Assembly: GCA_963795085.1 (NCBI GenBank)
Contig: CAWCFX010000002.1
Span: forward strand, 192,001-256,000
Source: an uncultured Gemmatimonadales bacterium
GTDB taxonomy: Bacteria > Gemmatimonadota > Gemmatimonadetes > Gemmatimonadales > GWC2-71-9
Direction: 5' to 3'
Length of the DNA stretch: 64,000 nucleotides
Part shown: positions 1-7,806 of the stretch, one piece after another
Numbering within the stretch: position 1 is the first letter of the stretch
Layout of the letters: the number at the start of each line of letters is the position of its first letter
The notes under the pieces: generated by a model
What the model was told of the DNA's origin: nothing
Seen by the model: the letters and a program-made list of their open reading frames with translations, nothing else
Database searches by the model: none
Made by a program: the position numbers and the translations under genes

Positions 1-2
1 CC

Positions 3-1580
3 AGTCTCCAGTTCGCCGCGGCCGCGCTGGATGAAAGCGGCCATCTGATTCCCGGCACCACCTTCACCTGGGTTTCCACGGTGCCGGCGACGGCGACCAT
101 CGACGGTTCCGGGCTGGCATTCGCCCAGGCAGTGGGGACGACGACCATCGAGGCGAGCGCCGGGGGCGTCACCGGTTCGACTTCCCTCGCCGTGGTGGTG
201 ACCGTCCAGGCGGGACCGACTCTCACCGCGGTGGGGGGACGCCTCCAGCGCGCGCCGTCCTCCTCCATGCTGCCGGTTCCCTATGTCGTGGAAGCACGGG
301 ACGGGTCCACTCCGCTCCCCAACGTGGAGATATTGTGGACGGTCGAGAGCGGGGGGGGGACGGTCGCCCAGAGCTCTTCGTTTACGGGAAGCGACGGACG
401 GGCGAGCATCCTTCATACCCTCGGGCCGGTGCTCGGAGTGCAACAGGTGCAGGCCCGCGCTCCCTCCCTGGCCCCCGCGGACAGCAACAACAGGAATGTG
501 GCCTTCAGCGCGACGGCTCTCGCGCCGGGCGGCATCGTCCCGGTGGCCAGCGTGGCGATTCCTCCGAATTACGGAATTCACGACACCTTCGTGCGTGAAG
601 GCATTGCCTTCGTGTTCGCGTGGGACAGCGGGGTCCGGATCTTCGACGTGGGCAACGGCATCCGGGGAGGCAGCCCCTCCAACCCGGTGCTGGTCTCCCG
701 GGTCGTCACCCATGGGGGGCAAGCCCATAACGGGTGGTGGTTTCACAATCCAAACACCCAGGAGAAGAAGTACCTGTTCGTCGGCGAAGAAGGCCCCGGC
801 CTGATCGGTAGCTCGTCCTCCGGCGATATCCACGTGATTGATGTCTCCAACCTGGCCGCGCCGCTGGAAGTCGCCTCCTTCACAGTGGCGGGCGCCGGGG
901 CCCACAACTTCTGGATGGACGAGGCCGCCCAGATTCTCTACGCCGCGTTCTACAACGGGGGCGTGGTCTCAATTGATGTCTCGGGCACCCTCAGCGGCAA
1001 CCTCGCCAGCCGGGAAATCGACCGGCTGGTGCCGGCATCCGGCTCCTACATCTGGGGGGTACAACTGTTCAACGGCTCCGTCTACGCCAGCGACATGGTG
1101 AACGGGTTTTGGCAACTTTCGACCACCGGAGGAAACCTGAGTATCGCCGCGGGTGGTGGCAACGTGCCGGAACGGTTCACATCCGACCTGTGGGTCCATG
1201 GCACCCATGCCTACAGCGGGACCTGGGGCAACCGCGGCGCCCAGGGCAATGTGGTGAAGATCTGGTCACTCAATGGGACCGGAGCGCCGGCGCTTGCCGA
1301 TTCCGTCATCATCCCCGCGATCAGCACGGTCAGCGACGTGGAGGTCAGCGCCGACGGCAGCGTGCTCATGGTGAGCACGGAGGGTGGCAGCGGCGACGGC
1401 TTTCAGTTCTACAGCCTGGCCAACCCGGCCAGCCCGGCCTTTCTGAACCAGCACCTGGTGGGGACCGGCATCCACACCACGACGTTCGGGTACATTGGGG
1501 GCCGGACCTACGCCTTCGGGGCCAAGAACCCGGGGAGCCCCGAACTGGTTGTTCTCGATGTCACCGGTCTGTTTCCCTGA
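3..1580 (+). CDS. Ig-like domain + LVIVD-repeat beta-propeller protein (5' truncated at window edge)
   Basis: Frame is open from position 3 (SLQFAAAALDESGHLIPGTTFTWVST, Big_2-like); repeated 'RIFDVGN/IHVIDVSN/LVVLDVT' LVIVD-type blades. Confidence 0.75.
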   Translation, partial: SLQFAAAALDESGHLIPGTTFTWVSTVPATATIDGSGLAFAQAVGTTTIEASAGGVTGSTSLAVVVTVQAGPTLTAVGGRLQRAPSSSMLPVPYVVEARDGSTPLPNVEILWTVESGGGTVAQSSSFTGSDGRASILHTLGPVLGVQQVQARAPSLAPADSNNRNVAFSATALAPGGIVPVASVAIPPNYGIHDTFVREGIAFVFAWDSGVRIFDVGNGIRGGSPSNPVLVSRVVTHGGQAHNGWWFHNPNTQEKKYLFVGEEGPGLIGSSSSGDIHVIDVSNLAAPLEVASFTVAGAGAHNFWMDEAAQILYAAFYNGGVVSIDVSGTLSGNLASREIDRLVPASGSYIWGVQLFNGSVYASDMVNGFWQLSTTGGNLSIAAGGGNVPERFTSDLWVHGTHAYSGTWGNRGAQGNVVKIWSLNGTGAPALADSVIIPAISTVSDVEVSADGSVLMVSTEGGSGDGFQFYSLANPASPAFLNQHLVGTGIHTTTFGYIGGRTYAFGAKNPGSPELVVLDVTGLFP

Positions 1581-1591
1581 TCCCCGCCTCC

Positions 1592-1876
1592 ATGCCCGTC
1601 GTCCTCCAGCGGGATTCCGCGTTTACCCTGAGCCCGGCCGTCCGGGGACGGCAGCTGGATAACGAGCTGATCCTGCTGGACCTTGGCAAGGGGGAGTACT
1701 TCAGCCTGAACGAGAGCGGCGCCGCCGTCTGGGCCTGCCTGGAGCGCGGCATGGCTCTCGGCGCTATTGACGAAGCGATGGCCGGCTGGCCGGTGGCGCC
1801 GGATCAGCGGTGGGAGATGATCACCGCCATCGTGCTCGAGCTTCGGAGCCGGGGACTGCTGGAGCCCGCCGGGTGA
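1592..1876 (+). CDS. PqqD-family RiPP recognition element (lasso B1/E-like)
   Basis: 94 aa, 'RQLDNELILLDLGKGEYFSLNESGAAVWACL...LRSRGLL' is a typical PqqD/RRE pattern; ATG 1592 lies inside the longer 1109 ORF; stop overlaps the next GTG. Confidence 0.9.
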   Translation: MPVVLQRDSAFTLSPAVRGRQLDNELILLDLGKGEYFSLNESGAAVWACLERGMALGAIDEAMAGWPVAPDQRWEMITAIVLELRSRGLLEPAG

Positions 1877-3351
1877 CAGGGCCGGCGGCCTTGGCCGTCC
1901 TGGTTCACGATCCCCGGGTGCGGGAATTCACGCCTGCCACCCTCGCCGAGCTCCGGGTCACCGGCTGGGCGCGTCTCCCCGATGGCGATATCCGGCTCCA
2001 ATCCGATCCAGCCGCCACCCGGCCATTCTGTTACCGGATGCTTGGCCGGACCCTCCACCTCGCCTGCTATCCCGGCGACCTGGCCCGCCTTGGTCCCCCC
2101 CCCGAACTCGACTGGACCACGCTCGCGGGCCTGCCGCGGTTCCGGTTTCCGGACGATGGCGCCACGGCTTTTGCCGGTATCCACCGACTGGCCGCAGGCA
2201 CCACGACGACCATCGCGCCGGATGGCGGCACCCGTTCGCATCGCTGGTGGGAGCTGCCCCCCGAGCCGTCATCGTCCGCCAAGCCGGATCTATTCGGAGC
2301 CCTGGTGCAACAGTGCGCCGGCCAGATCCAGGGCCGGCAGTGCGCCATCCTGCTGAGCGGGGGCCTGGATTCCTCCGCCATCGCGGCCGCGGCGGTGGCA
2401 GCTGCCCGGGCAGGCGGCGGCCCCGATCCGATCCTTGCTTCGCTCGTTTATCCCGGATTGCCCTGCGACGAAGACCTTACCCAGGAGGCCATCGCACGGC
2501 ACTACGGGCTTACGCGGGTCACGGTCAACCCGGTAGGCCGCCCGGTCTGGCCCGGAGCCCTGGGCACGGTCCACTCGCGGCTGGCCCCGGTCGTGGATAC
2601 TCAGTCGGCAGCCATCGGTCAGCTCTTCGAGCAACTGGAGGCCGCCGGATGCCGGGTCGTGCTCACCGGCCTGGGTGGGGATGTCCTGTTTCGCGGCATC
2701 GGGCTGGAAGGGAGCCTGCTGCGGCAGGGCAGACTCCTGGCGATACATCGTCACTTCCGGGGAATTTCCCGGGCCCTGCCGGTCTCGGTGCCAAGGCTCT
2801 GGTGGGCCGGTGTTCTCCGGCCCCTCGCCACCGGACGCCGGGGCCCCGGGCTTTCCCGCGCGGAGGTCCTGCGGGCAGGGAGCTCGGTCCGCAGTACCCT
2901 GATCCGCAACCTCGCGGCCGGCGGTACCGGGTGGTTGACCGAAGCGGTGGAACAATCCGGTAACCATCGCCTGGCCCTGGAGAGTCCGTTCTACGGCGCC
3001 GCCTTTCTTGACCAGTACTCCCGGCTGACCCAGCAGGATTTCGCGTCGAGCGCCTCCCACAAGGGAATCCTTCGCGAGATGATCCGGCCGCACCTGCCCG
3101 CTGCGGTGGTGAACCGCGTCAGGAAGCCGAACTTTCTTGATTATCATGCCACCTGGCTCCATCGGGAGCGCAGTTCCCTCGCGGCTCGCTATCGCGAAGT
3201 GCGGCCGATGGCTCCCGCCTCCATTGACATGCCGGCGGATATTAGCCGGGCCCTCAACGCCACCAGCGGCTCGGACGGGTTCTCCAGCTCCTGGATGAGT
3301 TTGACGATGCTCGAGTTCCTGGCGGCCTGGAACTTGAGGGTCAACCCTTGA
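1873..3351 (+). CDS. Asparagine synthetase-like protein, putative lasso cyclase
   Basis: SGGLDSS PP-loop, 'VLTGLGGD', 'SPFY', 'KGILRE...LPAAVVNR.K'; no N-terminal catalytic Cys of a GATase domain; GTGA coupling to the RRE gene. Confidence 0.85.
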   Translation: MTGPAALAVLVHDPRVREFTPATLAELRVTGWARLPDGDIRLQSDPAATRPFCYRMLGRTLHLACYPGDLARLGPPPELDWTTLAGLPRFRFPDDGATAFAGIHRLAAGTTTTIAPDGGTRSHRWWELPPEPSSSAKPDLFGALVQQCAGQIQGRQCAILLSGGLDSSAIAAAAVAAARAGGGPDPILASLVYPGLPCDEDLTQEAIARHYGLTRVTVNPVGRPVWPGALGTVHSRLAPVVDTQSAAIGQLFEQLEAAGCRVVLTGLGGDVLFRGIGLEGSLLRQGRLLAIHRHFRGISRALPVSVPRLWWAGVLRPLATGRRGPGLSRAEVLRAGSSVRSTLIRNLAAGGTGWLTEAVEQSGNHRLALESPFYGAAFLDQYSRLTQQDFASSASHKGILREMIRPHLPAAVVNRVRKPNFLDYHATWLHRERSSLAARYREVRPMAPASIDMPADISRALNATSGSDGFSSSWMSLTMLEFLAAWNLRVNP

Positions 3352-3417
3352 CGCCCCGTGCCGGGACGGGCAGCTTTCATTCACCCCTGGAAAAACCGAG
3401 TACCTCAGGAGATCGCC

Positions 3418-3558
3418 ATGGATCGGGAGCGCCCCGCCACGACGGCCAGTATGCCCAGGTTCGAACCCCCCAGGCTGACTCCGCTGGGGAGTGTCACCCG
3501 GGTGACCCAGGCCTTCGAACCTGGCACCAATACCGACTTCACGATGTCGTCGTTCTAG
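3418..3558 (+). CDS. Lasso-type RiPP precursor peptide (leader MDRE...VTQ, core AFEPGTNTDFTMSSF)
   Basis: AGGAG RBS at 3407-3411; leader FEPPRLTPLGSVTRVT fits (Y/F)xxPxLxxxGxxxxxT; Thr at -2; Asp at core position 9. Confidence 0.85.
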   Translation: MDRERPATTASMPRFEPPRLTPLGSVTRVTQAFEPGTNTDFTMSSF

Positions 3559-3656
3559 GCGGAGAGCTCAGCGACCGGGCCGCACCGACTGACGCAACCT
3601 CATTCTGCCGTGCCGCCGACTGAGCCGGACGGCGCCTTCAACCAGACTCCCTCCTG

Positions 3657-4502
3657 ATGCCTCCCGGCATCATCACGCCAACTCTCGCGATCGCCGGGTG
3701 GGAACGGATAGCCCGGCATTCCAGCCTGGCCATCACGGTCCGGTCTGGAACACCTCGCGGAATTGCCGTGCCACCGGGGGTAATTAACCGGGTGGACGGC
3801 GGCTGGGCGTTCACAACCGCCGACGGGCAATGGTACCGAGTCCGGGGACCGGCGCCCGTCGCCGTGGAGGGGTACCCGCTGGAGCAGGCGACCGAACCGG
3901 AATCAGTGCTCCGCCTGTTCGGGCCGGTTACCGCCCTGGTGGCCCAGGTCAGCGGGTGCCAGCCACTTCACGCCGCGGGATTGATGCGGGGAGGGAAGGT
4001 CCTGGCTCTCTGTGCCGAGTCTGGCCAGGGCAAATCCACGCTGGCGGCACTGGCGGCGGCCCACGGATGGCAGGTCCAGGGCGATGACCTGCTCGCGGTG
4101 GACCGATCGGGTATGGTGTTGCCACTACCCGGCTCACTCCGCGTCCGTCCCGAACTGGCGCCGCCGGGATGCACCTCGGCCTGGCATCTGCCCGATGGCC
4201 GGGAATGGTATCCGCTTCCGGCGCCCGCCCATTCCGCCCAACTCGGGGGGATTGTCCGTCTCGCCAGGGGCAGGGAGATCCTGCTGCGCACGCTTCGCGG
4301 CGCCGAACGGCTGGCCACTGTCGCCGTCGCCGCCTTGGCCCCATTCTTCGGCCATGTCGAGAACGATCCGCATCCCGCCCGGCTGCTGGACCTGGCCGGG
4401 GCCACTCCAGCCTGGCATCTCACCGTGCCTGAAGGGCTGACCCGCCTGCGCGAGTCCTGGGGCATATTGGATGGCCTGCTCACCGGTCTCCTCGGCGAAT
4501 GA
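3657..4502 (+). CDS. HPr kinase-like RiPP kinase
   Basis: LHAA, P-loop AESGQGKST and GDD motifs of the HPrK family; directly after the precursor gene. Confidence 0.85.
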   Translation: MPPGIITPTLAIAGWERIARHSSLAITVRSGTPRGIAVPPGVINRVDGGWAFTTADGQWYRVRGPAPVAVEGYPLEQATEPESVLRLFGPVTALVAQVSGCQPLHAAGLMRGGKVLALCAESGQGKSTLAALAAAHGWQVQGDDLLAVDRSGMVLPLPGSLRVRPELAPPGCTSAWHLPDGREWYPLPAPAHSAQLGGIVRLARGREILLRTLRGAERLATVAVAALAPFFGHVENDPHPARLLDLAGATPAWHLTVPEGLTRLRESWGILDGLLTGLLGE

Positions 4503-6289
4503 GCACGCCGGACGCGGTCGGGCAACGCCGGCCGAGGGGACGGGACCTGGTCATGCTCGGGCTGGCGGCGGGACTTCTCACCGGGCTGGGCGAAACGGTC
4601 CTCCTGCTGGTGAAACGGTTCCTCCGGGGCCGATTCATCACGGTTGGGGAGCACGCGCTCTGGATGGCGCCGGTCGCGGACGCGCTCCTCTTCACGCTAC
4701 TCGCCATCATCTTCGTGGCGCTTACCCGCCGGGTCAGCGTCGAGCGGCGGGACCGCCTCTTTGCCACCATGCTGGTGGCCCTGGGCCTCACGGCGATGCT
4801 GACCCTGTGGGGCCGTTTCCATTGGGTCGCCACGATCCTGCTCAGCCTCGGCATCGCGGTGCGATTGAGCGGACGGATCGCTCCCCGGCTGGATGCCCTG
4901 ATGAGGGCGGGGCGGGCGGCCATGCCGGGGATGGCGGTCCTGGTCCTGCTCACGGCGGCCGGCGTCGCCGGGGAAGCCTGGTGGAAGGAGCGTAAGAGCC
5001 TCGAGGCGACCCCCGCGGGATCCCAGCCTAATGTCCTGCTGATCATCCTGGACACCGTTCGCAGCCTGAGTATGGGCCTGTACGGACATGCCCGGGACAA
5101 CACACCCGAGCTGGCTCGCTGGGCCGCCCGGGGCACCGTCTTCGATCACGCCTTCTCCTCGTCCTCCTGGACCCTTCCCTCTCATGCCGCCATGTTCACC
5201 GGCCGGTGGCAAACCGATCTCACGGTCCGATTCAACCGCCCCCTCGACAGCACCTGGCCTACCCTGGCTGAATTCCTGGGGGACCGCGGGTATGCGACGG
5301 GGGGGTTCGTGGCCAACCTGATCTACACGCCCCGGGAATCCGGCCTGGCCCGCGGGTTCGGCCACTACGAGGATTTCGGCCTCAACGTCCGGGTGTTCAT
5401 TCGCAGTGCCACCCTGCTGCGGAAGCTGGTGGACCGGCCCCGGTTCCGCTGGGCCGCCCGGCCCCGGCACCCCATGCTGTGGAAGACGGCCCGGGAAGTC
5501 TCCGGGGGAGCGCTCGACTGGATCGACCGGCAGGAGGAGGACCGGCCCTGGTTCGCCTTCCTCAACTACATGGAGGCGCATGATCCCTGGTATGTCCCGG
5601 CTCCCTTCGATACCCTCTACGGGAATGGGGCCCTTCATATCTCATGGGCGGAGATGACCGCGACGCCGCTGCCCCCGCCGGTTGCCCTGGTCCGCTTCGC
5701 CGAGGGCTACGATGCGGCCATCGCCTATCTGGATCAGGAGATCGGCAGCCTGCTTGACACGCTCGAGCGGCGCGGGCGGCTTCGCAATACGATCGTCGTG
5801 ATTACCTCGGATCACGGCGAAGAGATCGGCGAGCACCAGTTCCTGGGGCATGGCGCCAGCCTCTACCGGCCGACCGTGGAGGTCCCCCTGATCGTAATCG
5901 CGCCCGGCTGCGCAATGTCCGGAGGCCGGGCACCGGATCCGGTATCGCTCCGGGACTTCGCCGCGACCATCATGGACCTCACCGGTATGCCGGAGCATCC
6001 TTTTCCCGGGGCTTCCTTCGCGGCCCTGGCCTGTCCCGGCAACGACACCCAGGCCTATCCCCGGCCGGTCTTCTCTGTGCTTCAGGAGGCCCGGGGACGC
6101 GCCAACCCTACCCTGGTCTCGGTGGTCCAGGATTCTTTCCGGTTTATCGGGGATGGACAGGGCAGGGGGGAACTCTACAGTTTTTACGGCGATCCGCTGG
6201 AACAACACGACCTGGCCGCCCAGCCGATGCTGGGTCCTGCCTTGCTCCGGCTCCAGACCCTGGCCGACTCACTCCGAAAACCTCACTGA
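4499..6289 (+). CDS. Membrane-anchored sulfatase/alkaline-phosphatase superfamily enzyme
   Basis: About 5 N-terminal TM segments; 'PNVLLIILDTVR', 'SWTLPSHAAMFTG', 'AHDP', 'TSDHGE', 'GHG' motifs. Confidence 0.85.
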   Translation: MSTPDAVGQRRPRGRDLVMLGLAAGLLTGLGETVLLLVKRFLRGRFITVGEHALWMAPVADALLFTLLAIIFVALTRRVSVERRDRLFATMLVALGLTAMLTLWGRFHWVATILLSLGIAVRLSGRIAPRLDALMRAGRAAMPGMAVLVLLTAAGVAGEAWWKERKSLEATPAGSQPNVLLIILDTVRSLSMGLYGHARDNTPELARWAARGTVFDHAFSSSSWTLPSHAAMFTGRWQTDLTVRFNRPLDSTWPTLAEFLGDRGYATGGFVANLIYTPRESGLARGFGHYEDFGLNVRVFIRSATLLRKLVDRPRFRWAARPRHPMLWKTAREVSGGALDWIDRQEEDRPWFAFLNYMEAHDPWYVPAPFDTLYGNGALHISWAEMTATPLPPPVALVRFAEGYDAAIAYLDQEIGSLLDTLERRGRLRNTIVVITSDHGEEIGEHQFLGHGASLYRPTVEVPLIVIAPGCAMSGGRAPDPVSLRDFAATIMDLTGMPEHPFPGASFAALACPGNDTQAYPRPVFSVLQEARGRANPTLVSVVQDSFRFIGDGQGRGELYSFYGDPLEQHDLAAQPMLGPALLRLQTLADSLRKPH

Positions 6290-6777
6290 TGGAAACCATC
6301 AACCGCCGATCCGCCCAGCACATCACCCGGAGTGGATTGTTCCCGCTTCGCTGTGCCGTCCTGAACCTCCCGTACGGGCCCCTGGCGGTATTCAGCCCGT
6401 CCGAAGGCCTCAAGCGAGTATTGGTTGAGACCGCCGGCCTGCGGGACGTCGAGATCCTGGGCGACGGTACCTTCGGGCTGACTCGGGCCGGGAAGGTTCT
6501 CCTGCCTGACCCCACCCCGCTGACCGCCCTGGTCAATCTGGTCGAAGGGGACCATTGCGCCCTGGGGCGGGTCGGTGGGCAGCGACGGCTCTCGATGCTC
6601 CTTGCGGCGGGATCGACCGGCGAGCTGGAGCCGGTTGCGGGCGATCCCTGGTACGACTCGCTCCTCGACATCACGGCCTCGCTCCCGGTCTGGGAGATGG
6701 TGCTTCCGCCCGAGCGCCGGGACATGCGCGCGGCCTGGCCCGAGATCGCCATGTTGCTGGCCGAATCGGCGTCATGA
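6289..6777 (+). CDS. Degenerate HPr-kinase-like paralog (putative pseudokinase)
   Basis: Ungapped by-eye similarity to the 3657-4502 kinase at both ends with catalytic motifs altered; start/stop overlaps on both sides. Confidence 0.65.
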   Translation: METINRRSAQHITRSGLFPLRCAVLNLPYGPLAVFSPSEGLKRVLVETAGLRDVEILGDGTFGLTRAGKVLLPDPTPLTALVNLVEGDHCALGRVGGQRRLSMLLAAGSTGELEPVAGDPWYDSLLDITASLPVWEMVLPPERRDMRAAWPEIAMLLAESAS

Positions 6778-7802
6778 CGGCCGAGCCCGCGCCGCTGGCC
6801 TGGGTGATCCTCATGGCCGCGGGGCGGGAGGTGGCGGTGCCCTCCGCCGAGTCGTGGCAGACACATCTGGAATGCCTCCGCCGCAGCCGCCTGGTTCCGC
6901 TGGCCGCCCACCTGCTCCAATCCAGATTCCAGGAACTGCACCCGGACACCCGGCGCTATCTCGAGGCCGCCACGATGATGGCGGAATCAAACGTCGAGCA
7001 GGCGGCCAGCGCACTGGTGGAGATTGCCGCCCGGTTCGACCGGCGTGCCATCCGCTGGGTGGTGCTCAAGGGGTATCCGCTGGCCGCTCGGCTCTATCCG
7101 AGACCTTCCTGCCGGCCCAGTGGTGACATAGACCTGCTGGTTGACGAGCCGTCGCTGGCGGCTGCGGAGGAGGATTTAGTGGAAGCGGGGTACCGGGCGG
7201 AGGGAGCGGACCGTTCCTACCATCTCCGGCTGGTCCGGAAGGGTCAAACGGGGACCCAGGTCGTCGAGCTTCACCATCGGGCCGCGCCCGCCGCCCACGG
7301 AGGGCCCCGGACGGCAGACATTCTGGCCCACCGGCGGGCCTTCCCGATCTCCGGGTCCACCGGGTGGCTGCCTTCGGCCGGGCATGAGGTCGATCTATTG
7401 ATCCGCCACTACCTGCGGCACGCGGGCCACCAGGCCATCTGGCTGGTGGACCTCCTGCTGCTTTCGGCCGGGACCCCGCTGTGGCACCGGCTGGGATCGC
7501 CCATTGGCGATGACCTCGAGCGGGTGGGGCTACCCCGCCTGGTTGACGGGCCGGCCCGCTATTCCCTGCGCCCACTGCGCCGCTGGATGGCCCGGCGAAC
7601 TTTCGAGGAGCGGCACACGGCGCGGCACATCTCGCCGGTCGGCACGGCGCTCGCGCTGGCCGAGTCGCCCGGGGCGGCATCCCGGATGCTGGCGAGGCTG
7701 GCGTGGCCAAGCCAGCCTACCCCGCGTTGGTTCGCCACCAGTCACACCAGTTGGGGCCGCTACACCTGGCGGATCCGGCGCTTGTTCAAGCTGGGAGGCT
7801 GA
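6774..7802 (+). CDS. Nucleotidyltransferase family protein (NTP_transf_5-like)
   Basis: 'VVLKGYPLAARLYP.PSCRPSGDIDLLV' and 'VELHH' motifs; ATGA overlap with the upstream gene. Confidence 0.85.
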   Translation: MTAEPAPLAWVILMAAGREVAVPSAESWQTHLECLRRSRLVPLAAHLLQSRFQELHPDTRRYLEAATMMAESNVEQAASALVEIAARFDRRAIRWVVLKGYPLAARLYPRPSCRPSGDIDLLVDEPSLAAAEEDLVEAGYRAEGADRSYHLRLVRKGQTGTQVVELHHRAAPAAHGGPRTADILAHRRAFPISGSTGWLPSAGHEVDLLIRHYLRHAGHQAIWLVDLLLLSAGTPLWHRLGSPIGDDLERVGLPRLVDGPARYSLRPLRRWMARRTFEERHTARHISPVGTALALAESPGAASRMLARLAWPSQPTPRWFATSHTSWGRYTWRIRRLFKLGG

Positions 7803-7806
7803 TCGG

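Noticed and set aside
1109..1591. N-terminal extension of the RRE in the 255-aa ORF call
   Set aside because: Overlaps the LVIVD gene out of frame; the PqqD-like sequence begins at ATG 1592.
3348..3623. 91-aa ORF overlapping the precursor, in frame with the kinase across a TGA
   Set aside because: No motif or RBS; the overlapping frame has the lasso leader motif and an RBS; no evidence for readthrough.
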